The notes below the pieces were generated by a model that searched no databases, was not told where the DNA came from, and was given only the letters and a program-made list of their open reading frames with translations. From the NCBI GenBank assembly GCA_051655665.1, contig JBOGAI010000040.1:1-48056 (forward strand): a stretch of 48,056 nucleotides of DNA, in the 5' to 3' direction. This stretch comes from Erysipelotrichaceae bacterium (GTDB lineage: Bacteria; Bacillota_I; Bacilli_A; Erysipelotrichales; Erysipelotrichaceae). Every line of letters begins with the position of its first letter. The first letter of the stretch is position 1. The position numbers were made by a program, and so were the translations under genes. Below are positions 8,734 to 19,284 of this stretch, piece after piece.

Positions 8734-9273
8734 ATGGATATCAAGGGAACAAAAACAGAACAAAATTTAATGACGGCTTTCGCTGGCGAGTCAATGGCTC
8801 GCAACAAGTACACTTACTTCGCAGAAATGGCTCGTGAAGAAGGTATGGAAAAAATTGCTGCGATCTTCGAAGAAACAGCACGCAATGAACGTGAACACGC
8901 AAAATTGTGGTTCAAAGCACTTCACGGTGACAAAATCGGAACAACGGCTGAAAACTTGAAAGCAGCTGCCGAAGGGGAACACTACGAGTGGACGGACATG
9001 TATGCTACGTTTGCACAAGTTGCGAAAGAAGAAGGATTTGCGAAATTGGCATTCCAATTCGATGCAGTAGCGAAAATCGAAAAATTGCATGAAGAACGTT
9101 ATTTGACTTTGTTGAACAACGTTGAAAATAATACTGTATTCAAAAAAGAAGAACCAACTACTTGGGTATGTGACATTTGTGGACACCACCACGAAGGAAC
9201 AGACGCTCCAGGTGCTTGCCCTCTTTGCGGATACTCAAAAGCACACTTTGCTGTAAAATCAGAAAAGTTCTAA
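8734..9273 (+). CDS. rbr: Rubrerythrin
   Basis: Diiron four-helix-bundle motifs ([27 protein letters not shown]) plus a C-terminal rubredoxin-like CDICG...CPLCG. Confidence 0.95.
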   Translation: MDIKGTKTEQNLMTAFAGESMARNKYTYFAEMAREEGMEKIAAIFEETARNEREHAKLWFKALHGDKIGTTAENLKAAAEGEHYEWTDMYATFAQVAKEEGFAKLAFQFDAVAKIEKLHEERYLTLLNNVENNTVFKKEEPTTWVCDICGHHHEGTDAPGACPLCGYSKAHFAVKSEKF

Positions 9274-9279
9274 TCACAA

Positions 9280-9306
9280 AAGTGAGTCGATGACTCACTT
9301 TTTTTT
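9280..9306 (+). terminator. Rho-independent terminator after rbr
   Basis: AAGTGAGTC-gat-GACTCACTT followed by T6. Confidence 0.85.
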
Positions 9307-9324
9307 AGTGTGCAAGGATTTTGA

Positions 9325-9333
9325 TGCTATAAT
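9325..9333 (+). promoter_or_regulatory. Extended -10 TGcTATAAT upstream of purB
   Basis: TGnTATAAT lies 32 nt upstream of the ATG at 9365. The -35 is weak. Confidence 0.5.
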
Positions 9334-9364
9334 GGTTGGGTAAAAAACAAGGAGGGAATTGGAA

Positions 9365-10660
9365 ATGATTAATCGCTATTCAAGAAAAGCTATGCAAGAA
9401 ATTTGGAGTGAACAAAGCAAATTTGACGCATGGTTAAAAGTGGAAATTTTGGCATGTGAAGCATGGTCGGAGTTGGGAGAAATTCCAAAAGAAGACGTTG
9501 CAAAACTTTGGGAAAAAGCAAGCTTTGACATGGAGCGAATTTATGAAATTGAACAAGAAACGCGCCATGACGTGGTGGCGTTTACCCGTGCGGTAAGCGA
9601 GACCCTTGGAGAAGAAAAGAAGTGGGTTCACTATGGCCTAACTTCTACCGATGTGGTTGATACTGCCTATGGATACCTCTACAAACAAGCCAACGCCATA
9701 TTGGAACAAGATTTGCTTCGTTTTTGTGAAGTGCTCAAGAAGCAGGCATTGCGCTATAAAATGACGCCTATGATGGGAAGAACGCATGGTGTACACGCTG
9801 AAATTACTTCATTTGGTTTAAAATTGGCTCTTTGGTACGATGAAATGCAACGCAACTTGGAACGCTTCTATGCCGCTTGTAAGGCAGTGGAAGCGGGTAA
9901 AATCTCAGGAGCGGTGGGAACCTTTGCCAATACCCCTCCTTTTGTACAAGATTATGTATGTGAGAAATTGGGAATCGCTTCTGCACATATTTCTACCCAA
10001 ACCCTCCAACGCGATCGTCATGCCCAATACTTTTCGACATTGGCATTGATTGCCACTTCCATTGAAAAAATGGCAACCGAAATTCGTCACTTGCAGCGTA
10101 CCGAAGTGCGCGAAGTAGAAGAGTTTTTCAACAAAGGTCAAAAGGGTTCATCTGCAATGCCACACAAACGCAATCCCATCGGCAGTGAAAACATGTCCGG
10201 ATGCGCACGCGTGATGCGCGGGTACATGGTATCGGCTTACGAAGATGTTGCATTGTGGCACGAGCGCGACATTTCACACTCAGCAGTAGAGCGCATCATT
10301 TCGCCGGATGCGACCATCTTGTTGGACTACATGTTGAACCGCTTTACAAACATCGTGGAACACTTGACTGTATTTGAAGATCGCATGCTCGCAAACATCA
10401 ACAAAACGTATGGGGTTATCTTCTCCCAACGCTTTATGTTGAAACTGATCGAAAGTGGATTGAGCCGCGAAGAGGCTTACGATTTGGTACAGCCTAATGC
10501 AATGAGAGCGTGGGAAGAACAAACGCCATTCTATGATTTGATGGCAGCCAATGAAACAGTGAAAAGCTTATTGGATCAAGAAAATTTTGACGACTGCTTC
10601 AAATTGGAGCATCACCTGCAAAACGTCAGTGCTATTTTTAAACGCGTAGGCTTAGAATAA
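9365..10660 (+). CDS. purB: Adenylosuccinate lyase
   Basis: MINRYSR start after AAGGAGGG; GRTHGVHAE; fumarate-lyase signature [11 protein letters not shown]. The ORF track starts 2 codons earlier at a TTG. Confidence 0.95.
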   Translation: MINRYSRKAMQEIWSEQSKFDAWLKVEILACEAWSELGEIPKEDVAKLWEKASFDMERIYEIEQETRHDVVAFTRAVSETLGEEKKWVHYGLTSTDVVDTAYGYLYKQANAILEQDLLRFCEVLKKQALRYKMTPMMGRTHGVHAEITSFGLKLALWYDEMQRNLERFYAACKAVEAGKISGAVGTFANTPPFVQDYVCEKLGIASAHISTQTLQRDRHAQYFSTLALIATSIEKMATEIRHLQRTEVREVEEFFNKGQKGSSAMPHKRNPIGSENMSGCARVMRGYMVSAYEDVALWHERDISHSAVERIISPDATILLDYMLNRFTNIVEHLTVFEDRMLANINKTYGVIFSQRFMLKLIESGLSREEAYDLVQPNAMRAWEEQTPFYDLMAANETVKSLLDQENFDDCFKLEHHLQNVSAIFKRVGLE

Positions 10661-10689
10661 GACGCCCAAACGCAACAGGAGGAGCCAAG

Positions 10690-11004
10690 ATGCTGCATTT
10701 ACATACTTGCCAATGCGGGCAAAAAATCGAAACCAAATGGAATGGCAAGGTTTTCCATGCAACTTGTCCTCACTGTAAGACACGTTACCAATTGGATGTG
10801 GCTTCACGACGCTTGTACATGGTCATCACCCCGCTTGTCGTAGTGGCTTTGATCGTGCTCAATCGTTTGGTCTTTCAATTTCAGGACATTGCCGTATTGG
10901 CCTTGTACATTCTTGGGGGTTCGTATTTGATTGCGCATGGCATTCATGTGTTCCTGGTAAAGGTTCAAATCTTTCGCTATGAAGTGTGGAATGGGGATAA
11001 ATGA
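10690..11004 (+). CDS. Hypothetical zinc-ribbon membrane protein
   Basis: AGGAGG RBS. N-terminal CxC...CxxC (CQCG...CPHC) followed by two predicted TM helices. No family recognised. Confidence 0.55.
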   Translation: MLHLHTCQCGQKIETKWNGKVFHATCPHCKTRYQLDVASRRLYMVITPLVVVALIVLNRLVFQFQDIAVLALYILGGSYLIAHGIHVFLVKVQIFRYEVWNGDK

Positions 11005-11034
11005 GATTCACTTTGATAATCAAACAATAAATGT

Positions 11035-11064
11035 TTGACATTCAAACTATTGGTGTCGTATAAT
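11035..11064 (+). promoter_or_regulatory. Sigma-A promoter upstream of degV (TTGACA-N18-TATAAT)
   Basis: Both hexamers are consensus with an 18-nt spacer. Confidence 0.65.
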
Positions 11065-11105
11065 GCAAATTGTGACAGTATCAACGACATCAAAGGAGAA
11101 GAATC

Positions 11106-11960
11106 ATGAGTAAAATTCTAATTGTAACCGATACAACTTCTTCCCTGACTTTTGAAAAGGCAGCGGAATTAAATATTGAATTGGTGCCACTTACCATCCA
11201 AATTGGAGAAAAGGTATATACCGATCAAGTGGATTTGACCAGTGAACAGTTGATCGAGGCATTGCGCCAGGGAGCTGTTCCGACTACTTCTCAACCGAAT
11301 ATCGGTTTGGTAGAAGAACGGATGAGCGAGTGGAAGAAAGAAAACTATGATGCCATCTTCATCTATTCCATTTCCTCCTACTTGTCTGGAACGTTCAATG
11401 GATTCAACTTGGTAGCGAACCAATTGGAAATGGACAATGTTCATGTCATTGACAGCAAAACCATGGCGGGCCCTTTATTGGATGCCGCGCTTACGGCACG
11501 TAAAATGGCCGATGAGGGCGCAAGTGTGGACGCCATCTTGAACATGAGCGAGGCAAAATTTTCGAAAACTGTGAGCTTCATCTATCCGAAAACGCTAGAG
11601 CAACTCAAAAGAGGTGGCCGCATCTCTTCCGTCGCGGCATCGATGAGCAGTTTGTTGAAAATCAAGCCAGTGCTGATTCTTGAAAACCAAGGAAAAACCA
11701 TTGAGAAGTTTGGAATCGCCCGTACTGATGCCAAGGTGTACGAAATGGTCACCCAGGAATTCATGAAATCCGGGGCGGGTGCAGAGCATTTTGAAATCTA
11801 TTTGGCCCATGCGGCGGAAGCGGATGCGCTTCAAAAATGCATCGCGTTCTTCACGGAAAAATTCCCTGGAATGAACATTCATATCGTACCCCTTCCGGCT
11901 GTTTTATTAAGCCATGGTGGGATTGGATGCATCGGAATCCAGCTTGTATACAAAGGGTAG
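11106..11960 (+). CDS. DegV-family fatty-acid-binding protein
   Basis: ILIVTDTTSSL start, TSQPN, LSGTFN motif. About 284 aa. Confidence 0.9.
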   Translation: MSKILIVTDTTSSLTFEKAAELNIELVPLTIQIGEKVYTDQVDLTSEQLIEALRQGAVPTTSQPNIGLVEERMSEWKKENYDAIFIYSISSYLSGTFNGFNLVANQLEMDNVHVIDSKTMAGPLLDAALTARKMADEGASVDAILNMSEAKFSKTVSFIYPKTLEQLKRGGRISSVAASMSSLLKIKPVLILENQGKTIEKFGIARTDAKVYEMVTQEFMKSGAGAEHFEIYLAHAAEADALQKCIAFFTEKFPGMNIHIVPLPAVLLSHGGIGCIGIQLVYKG

Positions 11961-11965
11961 GGTCT

Positions 11966-11995
11966 GCAGAAAGCAAAAAGCTTTCTGCTTTTTTT
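11966..11995 (+). terminator. Rho-independent terminator after degV
   Basis: GCAGAAAGC-aaaaa-GCTTTCTGC followed by T7. Confidence 0.85.
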
Positions 11996-12054
11996 ATTGG
12001 ATTTTTCATTCAACTGCGCTATAATTATAGGGTTGTGTTAAAGGAGGCATGTAA

Positions 12055-13341
<1,287 letters not shown>

Positions 13342-13366
13342 AAACTTCCTTCGGGAAGTTTTTTTT
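13342..13366 (+). terminator. Rho-independent terminator after purA
   Basis: AAACTTCC-ttcg-GGAAGTTT followed by a T run. Confidence 0.85.
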
Positions 13367-13410
13367 AGGGAAACGTTGCCCTTGAGGCTATATAGAGGGT
13401 GAGGTGATTT

Positions 13411-14574
13411 ATGGAATGCATGCGTTGTGGAAATCAAGATCCTAGTCAATTTGCAAAGGACAAACACCTTTGGTACTGCCGTGCCTGTATTGGGTTTGGA
13501 CGCATCGATGTCGGAGACAAACCTGCTTGCAAACAGTGGCAAGTCAAACGGCATTGTTGTCAGTTCACTTTGCCCTATGCGCTGACTGATAACCAAAAAG
13601 CAGCCAGCAAAAGATTGCTTGAACATGTCGCCCAGCAACGGGATACACTAGTGTTCGCGGCATGTGGAGCGGGAAAGACCGAAATTGTGATGGAACTGAT
13701 TCAGGACAGCTTGAATCAAGGCAAAAAAGTTGGTTTTGCCATTCCAAGGCGACAAGTGGTGCTTGAATTAACACAGCGCCTGCAGGACGCATTTGCAGGA
13801 ATTGACATTGTTGCAATTTGTGAGGGACACACGCATCGTGTCGATGGTGACCTCATTGTTTGCACCATGCATCAGTTATATCGCTATGTACAAACCTTTG
13901 ATGTTTTGATTTTGGACGAAGTGGATGCATTTCCCTATAAAGGCAATCCCTTGCTCGAGCGCATTGCTATGCAAAGTTGCAAAGGGGTGGTCGTCTACTT
14001 GACGGCTACCCCGGATGCCACAATGCTTACCAAAATTGAGACAGGTGCGCTGGCAATGGTCACACTATTTGAGCGTCCGCACGGACACGCCATCCCCATT
14101 CCCCAGTGGGTATGGCTTCCACATGGTTTTCAGTGGCTAGCACTCCTTCTAGTCTTGAAAAACCACATCCCCTTTTCTCGTCCGGTTATGGTCTTTGTCC
14201 CAAGCACTCGCATGGCCCAAAAAGTGGCCCGTTTCCTAAGTTGCATGTATTCATGCGATTTTGTAACCAGTCGACGCGAGGACAAAGATCAAATCATCCG
14301 CGCCTTCCAAGAACGTCGTTTCTCCATCCTCGTAACGACGACCCTCATGGAACGCGGCATTACCGTCGAAAACGTTCAAATTGTGATTGTTCATGCCGAA
14401 CACGCTGTCTTTGACACCGCGAGCATCATTCAAATATGCGGCAGAGTTGGACGAAAAGCCAGTGCCCCAACCGGAGAAGCCTGGTTGTTGGCGAAACGGA
14501 TCACACCTGCAATCATGCAAAGCGTCAAAATGTTGAAGGAAATGAATGAGCAGGCAAGAGTGTCTGATCTGTAG
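13411..14574 (+). CDS. comFA: ComFA-like DEAD/DEAH-box helicase (DNA uptake ATPase)
   Basis: N-terminal Zn finger CMRCG...YCRAC, Walker A ACGAGKTE, LILDEVDAF box, LTATP, helicase-C motif GRVGR. Followed by comFC. Confidence 0.85.
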   Translation: MECMRCGNQDPSQFAKDKHLWYCRACIGFGRIDVGDKPACKQWQVKRHCCQFTLPYALTDNQKAASKRLLEHVAQQRDTLVFAACGAGKTEIVMELIQDSLNQGKKVGFAIPRRQVVLELTQRLQDAFAGIDIVAICEGHTHRVDGDLIVCTMHQLYRYVQTFDVLILDEVDAFPYKGNPLLERIAMQSCKGVVVYLTATPDATMLTKIETGALAMVTLFERPHGHAIPIPQWVWLPHGFQWLALLLVLKNHIPFSRPVMVFVPSTRMAQKVARFLSCMYSCDFVTSRREDKDQIIRAFQERRFSILVTTTLMERGITVENVQIVIVHAEHAVFDTASIIQICGRVGRKASAPTGEAWLLAKRITPAIMQSVKMLKEMNEQARVSDL

Positions 14575-15280
14575 TCGTGCCTGTACCCATCAGCGGGGAT
14601 TGTATGCCATTGTTTGGGAAGAACATTTGCTTTGCGGCGAGTGTGAAGCCCAAATGGCGTATCATCTTACCACGTTTGAGTGGGAGGGCATAAAAATCAC
14701 CTCAATGTATGAATATACTCCCTTTTTAGAAGCGTTGCTTTTTCAGTTTAAGGAAGGCCGCGATATTGTGTTGGCACCGCTTTTTCTAGAAAAGGCACAG
14801 CGTTGGCTCGACCGTACGTATCAAGAATGTACCATGGTGTTTGCTCCATCCCAAACAGCACGGACAAAACAAAGAGGCTTTTTCCCTTTGGAGGAATTGT
14901 TTGCGTCTTCTACACTCCCAAAGGTGCATGCGTTTGAGAAAGTGGGAACCCAAGCACAAAAAACACTTTCCAAAGGGAAACGGGCCTTGGTGAAACAAAG
15001 TATACGGCGCAATGAAACGCCATTGCCCAATCATGTGGTCTTGGTTGACGATGTAATGAGCACGGGGGCAACCCTGAAAGCATGCTATGAATTATTGGTG
15101 GAACAAGGGCATCAAGTGGAGGTTTTTGTAATTGCCGTAAACAAAGATGAAAATGATTGTAAAAAGGATATTGTTTTTACAGAAAACAATTACAAAGCCC
15201 TGTTTTTCGGCAAAAAAGCGTTGAATTTCAAAGTAATAGCATATATAATGAAATTGTGTAGTTGCATACGCAAAGCATAG
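14546..15280 (+). CDS. comFC: ComFC/ComF-family phosphoribosyltransferase-like protein
   Basis: N-terminal CLIC...CGEC and PRTase motif VVLVDDVMSTGATL. 29-nt overlap with comFA. The last ~46 codons look like read-through into the csp promoter region. Confidence 0.85.
   Translation: MSRQECLICSRACTHQRGLYAIVWEEHLLCGECEAQMAYHLTTFEWEGIKITSMYEYTPFLEALLFQFKEGRDIVLAPLFLEKAQRWLDRTYQECTMVFAPSQTARTKQRGFFPLEELFASSTLPKVHAFEKVGTQAQKTLSKGKRALVKQSIRRNETPLPNHVVLVDDVMSTGATLKACYELLVEQGHQVEVFVIAVNKDENDCKKDIVFTENNYKALFFGKKALNFKVIAYIMKLCSCIRKA
15221..15249 (+). promoter_or_regulatory. Sigma-A promoter of csp (TTGAAT-N17-TATAAT), embedded in the comFC 3' end
   Basis: Near-consensus hexamers with optimal spacing, 51 nt upstream of the csp ATG. 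Confidence 0.75.
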
Positions 15281-15299
15281 AAAGGTATAGGGATAGAAC

Positions 15300-15497
15300 A
15301 TGCAAGGAAAAATCAAAATGTTTAACCAAGAAAAAGGTTACGGATTCATCACATCTGAAGAGGGGAAAGATGTATTCTTCCACTATTCACAATTGGTGAT
15401 GGAAGGTTTCAAAACAATCGAGAACGATGCAATCGTTACTTACGATGTTGTTGAAACAGAGCGTGGCCAACAAGCTCATAATATCGTTAAACAATAA
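15300..15497 (+). CDS. csp: Cold-shock protein (CspA family)
   Basis: RNP1 KGYGFI and RNP2 VFFHYS. 65 aa. Confidence 0.95.
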   Translation: MQGKIKMFNQEKGYGFITSEEGKDVFFHYSQLVMEGFKTIENDAIVTYDVVETERGQQAHNIVKQ

Positions 15498-15507
15498 TGG
15501 ATTCAAA

Positions 15508-15531
15508 AAGGTGAGCTACGCTTGCCTTTTT
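15508..15531 (+). terminator. Rho-independent terminator after csp
   Basis: AAGGTGAGC-tac-GCTTGCCTT (two G-U pairs) followed by TTTTTG. Confidence 0.7.
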
Positions 15532-15541
15532 GTTTGTTCAT

Positions 15542-15571
15542 TTGTATGTTGAAGGCATTGTATGCTATTAT
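15542..15571 (+). promoter_or_regulatory. Putative secA promoter (TTGTAT-N18-TGcTATTAT)
   Basis: -35-like hexamer plus an extended -10, 43 nt upstream of the secA ATG. Confidence 0.55.
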
Positions 15572-15613
15572 GTAACAAGTAACAATATTTGATAAAATCA
15601 TGGAGGATTTGGT

Positions 15614-17950
15614 ATGGCCAATTGGTTTGATAAACTATTCAGCGGAGAACGCAAAACGTTAAAAGAGTTATCTAGAATTAGTGCGGAGATCGATGCTTTG
15701 AGTAGTGAAATCGCAAAGTTAAGCGATGAGGAGTTGCAAGCAAAAACACCGTATTTCAAACAGCGTTTGGAACAAGGTGAAACACTAGATGATATTTTGG
15801 TTGAAGCCTTTGCGGTAGTTCGCGAAGCGAGCAAACGCGTAAACAATGAGTATCCGTATTTGGTGCAATTAGAAGGTGCGATTGTCCTACACCGCGGCGA
15901 CATCGCGGAGATGAAAACGGGTGAAGGGAAAACGCTAACTTCGGTTATGGCGATTTACCTAAACGCTTTAGCGGGAAAAGGGGTTCATGTCATTACCGTC
16001 AATGAGTACTTGGCAGCGCGTGACGCCGAAAACAATGGGCGTATTTTCCGTTTCTTGGGATTAAGCGTGGGGGTAAACCTTCGTGCTTTGACCAAAGAGC
16101 AAAAGCGTGATGTCTATGCAATGGACATCACGTATACGACCAATGCCGAGATTGGGTTTGATTATTTGCGCGATAACATGGTGACCGATGTCAATGATCG
16201 TGTATTGCGTCCTTTGTTCTTTGGTGTTGTCGATGAAGTCGACTCCATTTTAGTCGATGAATCTCGTACCCCTCTCATCATTTCAGGGGGAGCACGCCAA
16301 ACAGCAAACTTATACATTCACGCCGATCGTTTCGCAAAAATGCTCGAAGAAGCGGATTATGAAATTGACATTAAAACCAAACAAATCAACTTGAGTGAAC
16401 AAGGGGTAAAAAAGGCTGAAAAACTTTTCCAATTGGATAACTTGTATGAAATCAAGCACACTCAATTGGTGCACCATATCAACCAAGCGTTGAAGGCCAA
16501 TTTTATCATGATGCGTGACGTAGAGTATGTGGTACAAGATGGCGAAATCGTCATCGTCGACCAATTTACGGGTCGTTTGATGAAGGGAAGAGCCTACTCG
16601 GATGGTTTGCATCAAGCCATTGAAGCCAAAGAAGGCGTGAAAATCAAACAAGAAACCAGCACATTGGCAACCATCACTTACCAAAACTTTTTCCGTTTGT
16701 ACGTCAAGTTGGCGGGTATGACGGGGACAGCCAAAACCGAGGAAGAAGAATTCTTAAGCATTTACAACATGCGCGTAATCGAGATTCCAACGAATCGTCC
16801 AGTCATTCGTGAAGATTTCCCGGATTCGATCTACGCAACACCAGAATTGAAATACAATGCCATTGTCAATGAGGTTGAGGCATTGAATCAAAAAGGACAA
16901 CCCGTTTTGGTGGGGACCATCTCAGTTGAAACCTCAGAGTTGCTTAGCAACATGTTTAAAAAACGTAAAATCAAACATGAAGTATTGAACGCGAAAAACC
17001 ATGAACGTGAAGCGGAAATCATCAAACTGGCAGGACAAACCGGAGCGGTTACCATCGCGACCAACATGGCTGGACGTGGGACCGACATCAAATTATCGGA
17101 AGAATCCCGCGCGTTAGGTGGTTTGGCCGTGATTGGTTCCGAACGTCATGAATCCCGTCGTATTGACAACCAGTTGCGCGGACGTTCTGGACGTCAAGGA
17201 GACCCTGGATTCTCTCGTTTCTATGTATCGTTGCGTGATGAATTGATGGTGCGCTTTGGTGGGGAACGTTTGCAATCCTTGTTCAATACCTTGGGGGATC
17301 AACAAATTGAAAGTAAAGTCGTAACCAAAGCCATCGGCAGCGCGCAAAAACGCGTGGAGGGCTACAACTTTGATGTGCGCAAAACCTTGTTAGATTACGA
17401 TGATGTATTGCGTCAACAACGTGAAATCATTTACGAGCAACGAAACTTCATCCTAGAGAACGAAGATGTTCATGGTGTGATCAAAGACATGTTTGACCGT
17501 ATTTTGACGTCTACCGTTCATCGTAATGTGGAAACCATTCGTCGTGAACCTCAGCTCAATGTCGATACCATGTTCGAGTCCCTTGAGCTGTTTGGAGTAG
17601 AGCTAAGTGGATTGAGCAAAGAACAATTCTTTGAAAAATCCGTCGACGAGGCGACCGATATGGTCACTACGTACGTATGGGATCAATACAGTCATAAAAT
17701 TGAGAATTTCAAAGAACAGTTTGTACCAATTGAGCGCAATATTGCGTTGAAACTATTGGATCGCAGCTGGATTGAACACATCGATACCATGGACAAGCTG
17801 CGAAATGGCATTCACTTGCGTTCATATGCGCAATCCAATCCTCTTCAAGCCTACGTACAAGAAGGATATGACTTGTTTGAAGCCATGATGGAAACCATTG
17901 CGCGCGACATCGTAACATACTGTCTAAAAATTAGAATCGAGATGCGTTAA
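15614..17950 (+). CDS. secA: Preprotein translocase ATPase SecA (short form, no C-terminal Zn tail)
   Basis: AEMKTGEGKTL, DEVDSILVDESRTPLIISG, ATNMAGRGTDIKL, RIDNQLRGRSGRQGDPG. At 778 aa it ends without the Cys-rich C-terminal tail. Confidence 0.97.
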   Translation: MANWFDKLFSGERKTLKELSRISAEIDALSSEIAKLSDEELQAKTPYFKQRLEQGETLDDILVEAFAVVREASKRVNNEYPYLVQLEGAIVLHRGDIAEMKTGEGKTLTSVMAIYLNALAGKGVHVITVNEYLAARDAENNGRIFRFLGLSVGVNLRALTKEQKRDVYAMDITYTTNAEIGFDYLRDNMVTDVNDRVLRPLFFGVVDEVDSILVDESRTPLIISGGARQTANLYIHADRFAKMLEEADYEIDIKTKQINLSEQGVKKAEKLFQLDNLYEIKHTQLVHHINQALKANFIMMRDVEYVVQDGEIVIVDQFTGRLMKGRAYSDGLHQAIEAKEGVKIKQETSTLATITYQNFFRLYVKLAGMTGTAKTEEEEFLSIYNMRVIEIPTNRPVIREDFPDSIYATPELKYNAIVNEVEALNQKGQPVLVGTISVETSELLSNMFKKRKIKHEVLNAKNHEREAEIIKLAGQTGAVTIATNMAGRGTDIKLSEESRALGGLAVIGSERHESRRIDNQLRGRSGRQGDPGFSRFYVSLRDELMVRFGGERLQSLFNTLGDQQIESKVVTKAIGSAQKRVEGYNFDVRKTLLDYDDVLRQQREIIYEQRNFILENEDVHGVIKDMFDRILTSTVHRNVETIRREPQLNVDTMFESLELFGVELSGLSKEQFFEKSVDEATDMVTTYVWDQYSHKIENFKEQFVPIERNIALKLLDRSWIEHIDTMDKLRNGIHLRSYAQSNPLQAYVQEGYDLFEAMMETIARDIVTYCLKIRIEMR

Positions 17951-17952
17951 CT

Positions 17953-19053
17953 ATGGAATTGTATGAATTAAAGCAACAGGTCGATTTTTACTGTGATCGG
18001 TTGAACCAGTTTGAAGCCCAATTGGAGCTTGAAACGAAAAAAAAGCGAATTCAAGCTTTGGAAGAACATATGTTGGAACCTTCCTTTTGGTCGGATCGCA
18101 AAGAATCGCAAAAAACAATCAATGAAAAAAATGCGTTAGTCAGCATTGTCGATGGGTTTACCACGTTGTCGTCTGGGTTTCAGGAACTGTTTGAGAGCTG
18201 TGCTATTTTAAAAGAAGAGTTTGATGATGCCATGATGGAGCTATGCGTAGAGGAGTATGAGCATTTAAAAGAAGTATTTGAGAGCTATGAAGTTCAAATT
18301 TTGCTTTCACACGAATACGATCACGCATCCGCTATTTTGGAAATTCACCCTGGAGCGGGTGGGACCGAATCCCAAGACTGGGCAGAAATGCTTTATCGTC
18401 TGTACAGCCGCTGGGCACAAGCTCACGACTACAAAGTAAGCATCATCGACTATCAAGATGGTGACGAAGCAGGGATTAAAAGTGTTTCTTTGCTCATTGA
18501 AGGGGATATGGCCTATGGATACTTAAAGGCGGAAAAGGGAGTGCATCGCTTGGTGCGCATTTCCCCATTTGACTCCTCGGGTCGCAGGCATACTTCTTTT
18601 GCATCGGTAGACATCATGCCTCAGTTCAACGATGAAGTGGAAATCAATCTCGATCCCAATGATTTGGTCATTGAAACGCATCGTGCAAGCGGAGCGGGGG
18701 GACAACACGTCAACAAAACCGATTCGGCTGTGCGCATCACGCATAGACCAACGGGTTTGGTTGCCAATTGTCAAAACGGACGTTCGCAGCATGACAACAA
18801 AGAATCTGCCCTCAACGTTATCAAGTCCAAATTGTATCAGCGCATGATTGAAGAGCAAGAGGCCAAGTTGGCAGAAATCAAAGGCGAACAAAAAGCCATT
18901 GAATGGGGCAGCCAGATTCGTTCTTATGTCTTCCATCCGTATTCCTTGGTCAAAGATTTGCGTACCAATTATGAAACCAACAACGTGCAAGCGGTAATGG
19001 ATGGTAAAATTGATGCATTTATCTTTGCTTATCTTAAAACCCTAATTCAATAA
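17953..19053 (+). CDS. prfB: Peptide chain release factor 2 (single uninterrupted ORF)
   Basis: SPF tripeptide (RISPFDSSGRRHTSF) and GGQ (ASGAGGQHVNKT). There is no in-frame stop near codon 25. Confidence 0.95.
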   Translation: MELYELKQQVDFYCDRLNQFEAQLELETKKKRIQALEEHMLEPSFWSDRKESQKTINEKNALVSIVDGFTTLSSGFQELFESCAILKEEFDDAMMELCVEEYEHLKEVFESYEVQILLSHEYDHASAILEIHPGAGGTESQDWAEMLYRLYSRWAQAHDYKVSIIDYQDGDEAGIKSVSLLIEGDMAYGYLKAEKGVHRLVRISPFDSSGRRHTSFASVDIMPQFNDEVEINLDPNDLVIETHRASGAGGQHVNKTDSAVRITHRPTGLVANCQNGRSQHDNKESALNVIKSKLYQRMIEEQEAKLAEIKGEQKAIEWGSQIRSYVFHPYSLVKDLRTNYETNNVQAVMDGKIDAFIFAYLKTLIQ

Positions 19054-19071
19054 GAAAAACATAAGGTTCAA

Positions 19072-19110
19072 AACAGCCTGTTCGCTTCGAGTGGACGGGT
19101 TGTTTTTTTT
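19072..19110 (+). terminator. Rho-independent terminator after prfB
   Basis: 12-bp stem AACAGCCTGTTC / GGACGGGTTGTT (with G-U pairs), 9-nt loop, then a T run. Confidence 0.75.
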
Positions 19111-19201
19111 AATTTCCCAAATTTTTACATGTTCGCGTCCCTTCTGGGTGCAGATGCTTTATTTAAAGGGGCAAAGCATCCTCTTTTGAAATCGATTGAA
19201 C

Positions 19202-19240
19202 AAAAAATAGCCAAGCGTCGCGCGCGATGCTATTTTTTTT
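19202..19240. terminator. GC-rich hairpin flanked by an A-run and T-run (bidirectional-looking terminator) in the prfB-yitT spacer
   Basis: A6-TAGCCAA-GCGTCG-cgcg-CGATGC-TA-T8. Confidence 0.55.
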
Positions 19241-19253
19241 AGGGTCCATAGTG

Positions 19254-19262
19254 TGTTATACT
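19254..19262 (+). promoter_or_regulatory. Extended -10 TGtTATACT upstream of the yitT-family gene
   Basis: Located 23 nt upstream of the ATG, just after the preceding hairpin and T run. Confidence 0.4.
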
Positions 19263-19284
19263 TATGGCATGAAGGAGGGATACA

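Noticed and set aside
12001-12054. PurR-type PurBox or purine riboswitch upstream of purA (and upstream of purB at 9307-9364)
   Set aside because: The leaders are only about 55-60 nt. They contain just a -10-like TATAAT and the RBS, with no CCGAAC-type PurBox pair or riboswitch-sized structure.
19129-19242. 37-codon ATG ORF in the prfB-yitT spacer
   Set aside because: There is no Shine-Dalgarno sequence upstream. The ORF runs through two hairpins and ends in the T run of a terminator. The region is more likely RNA structure than coding sequence.
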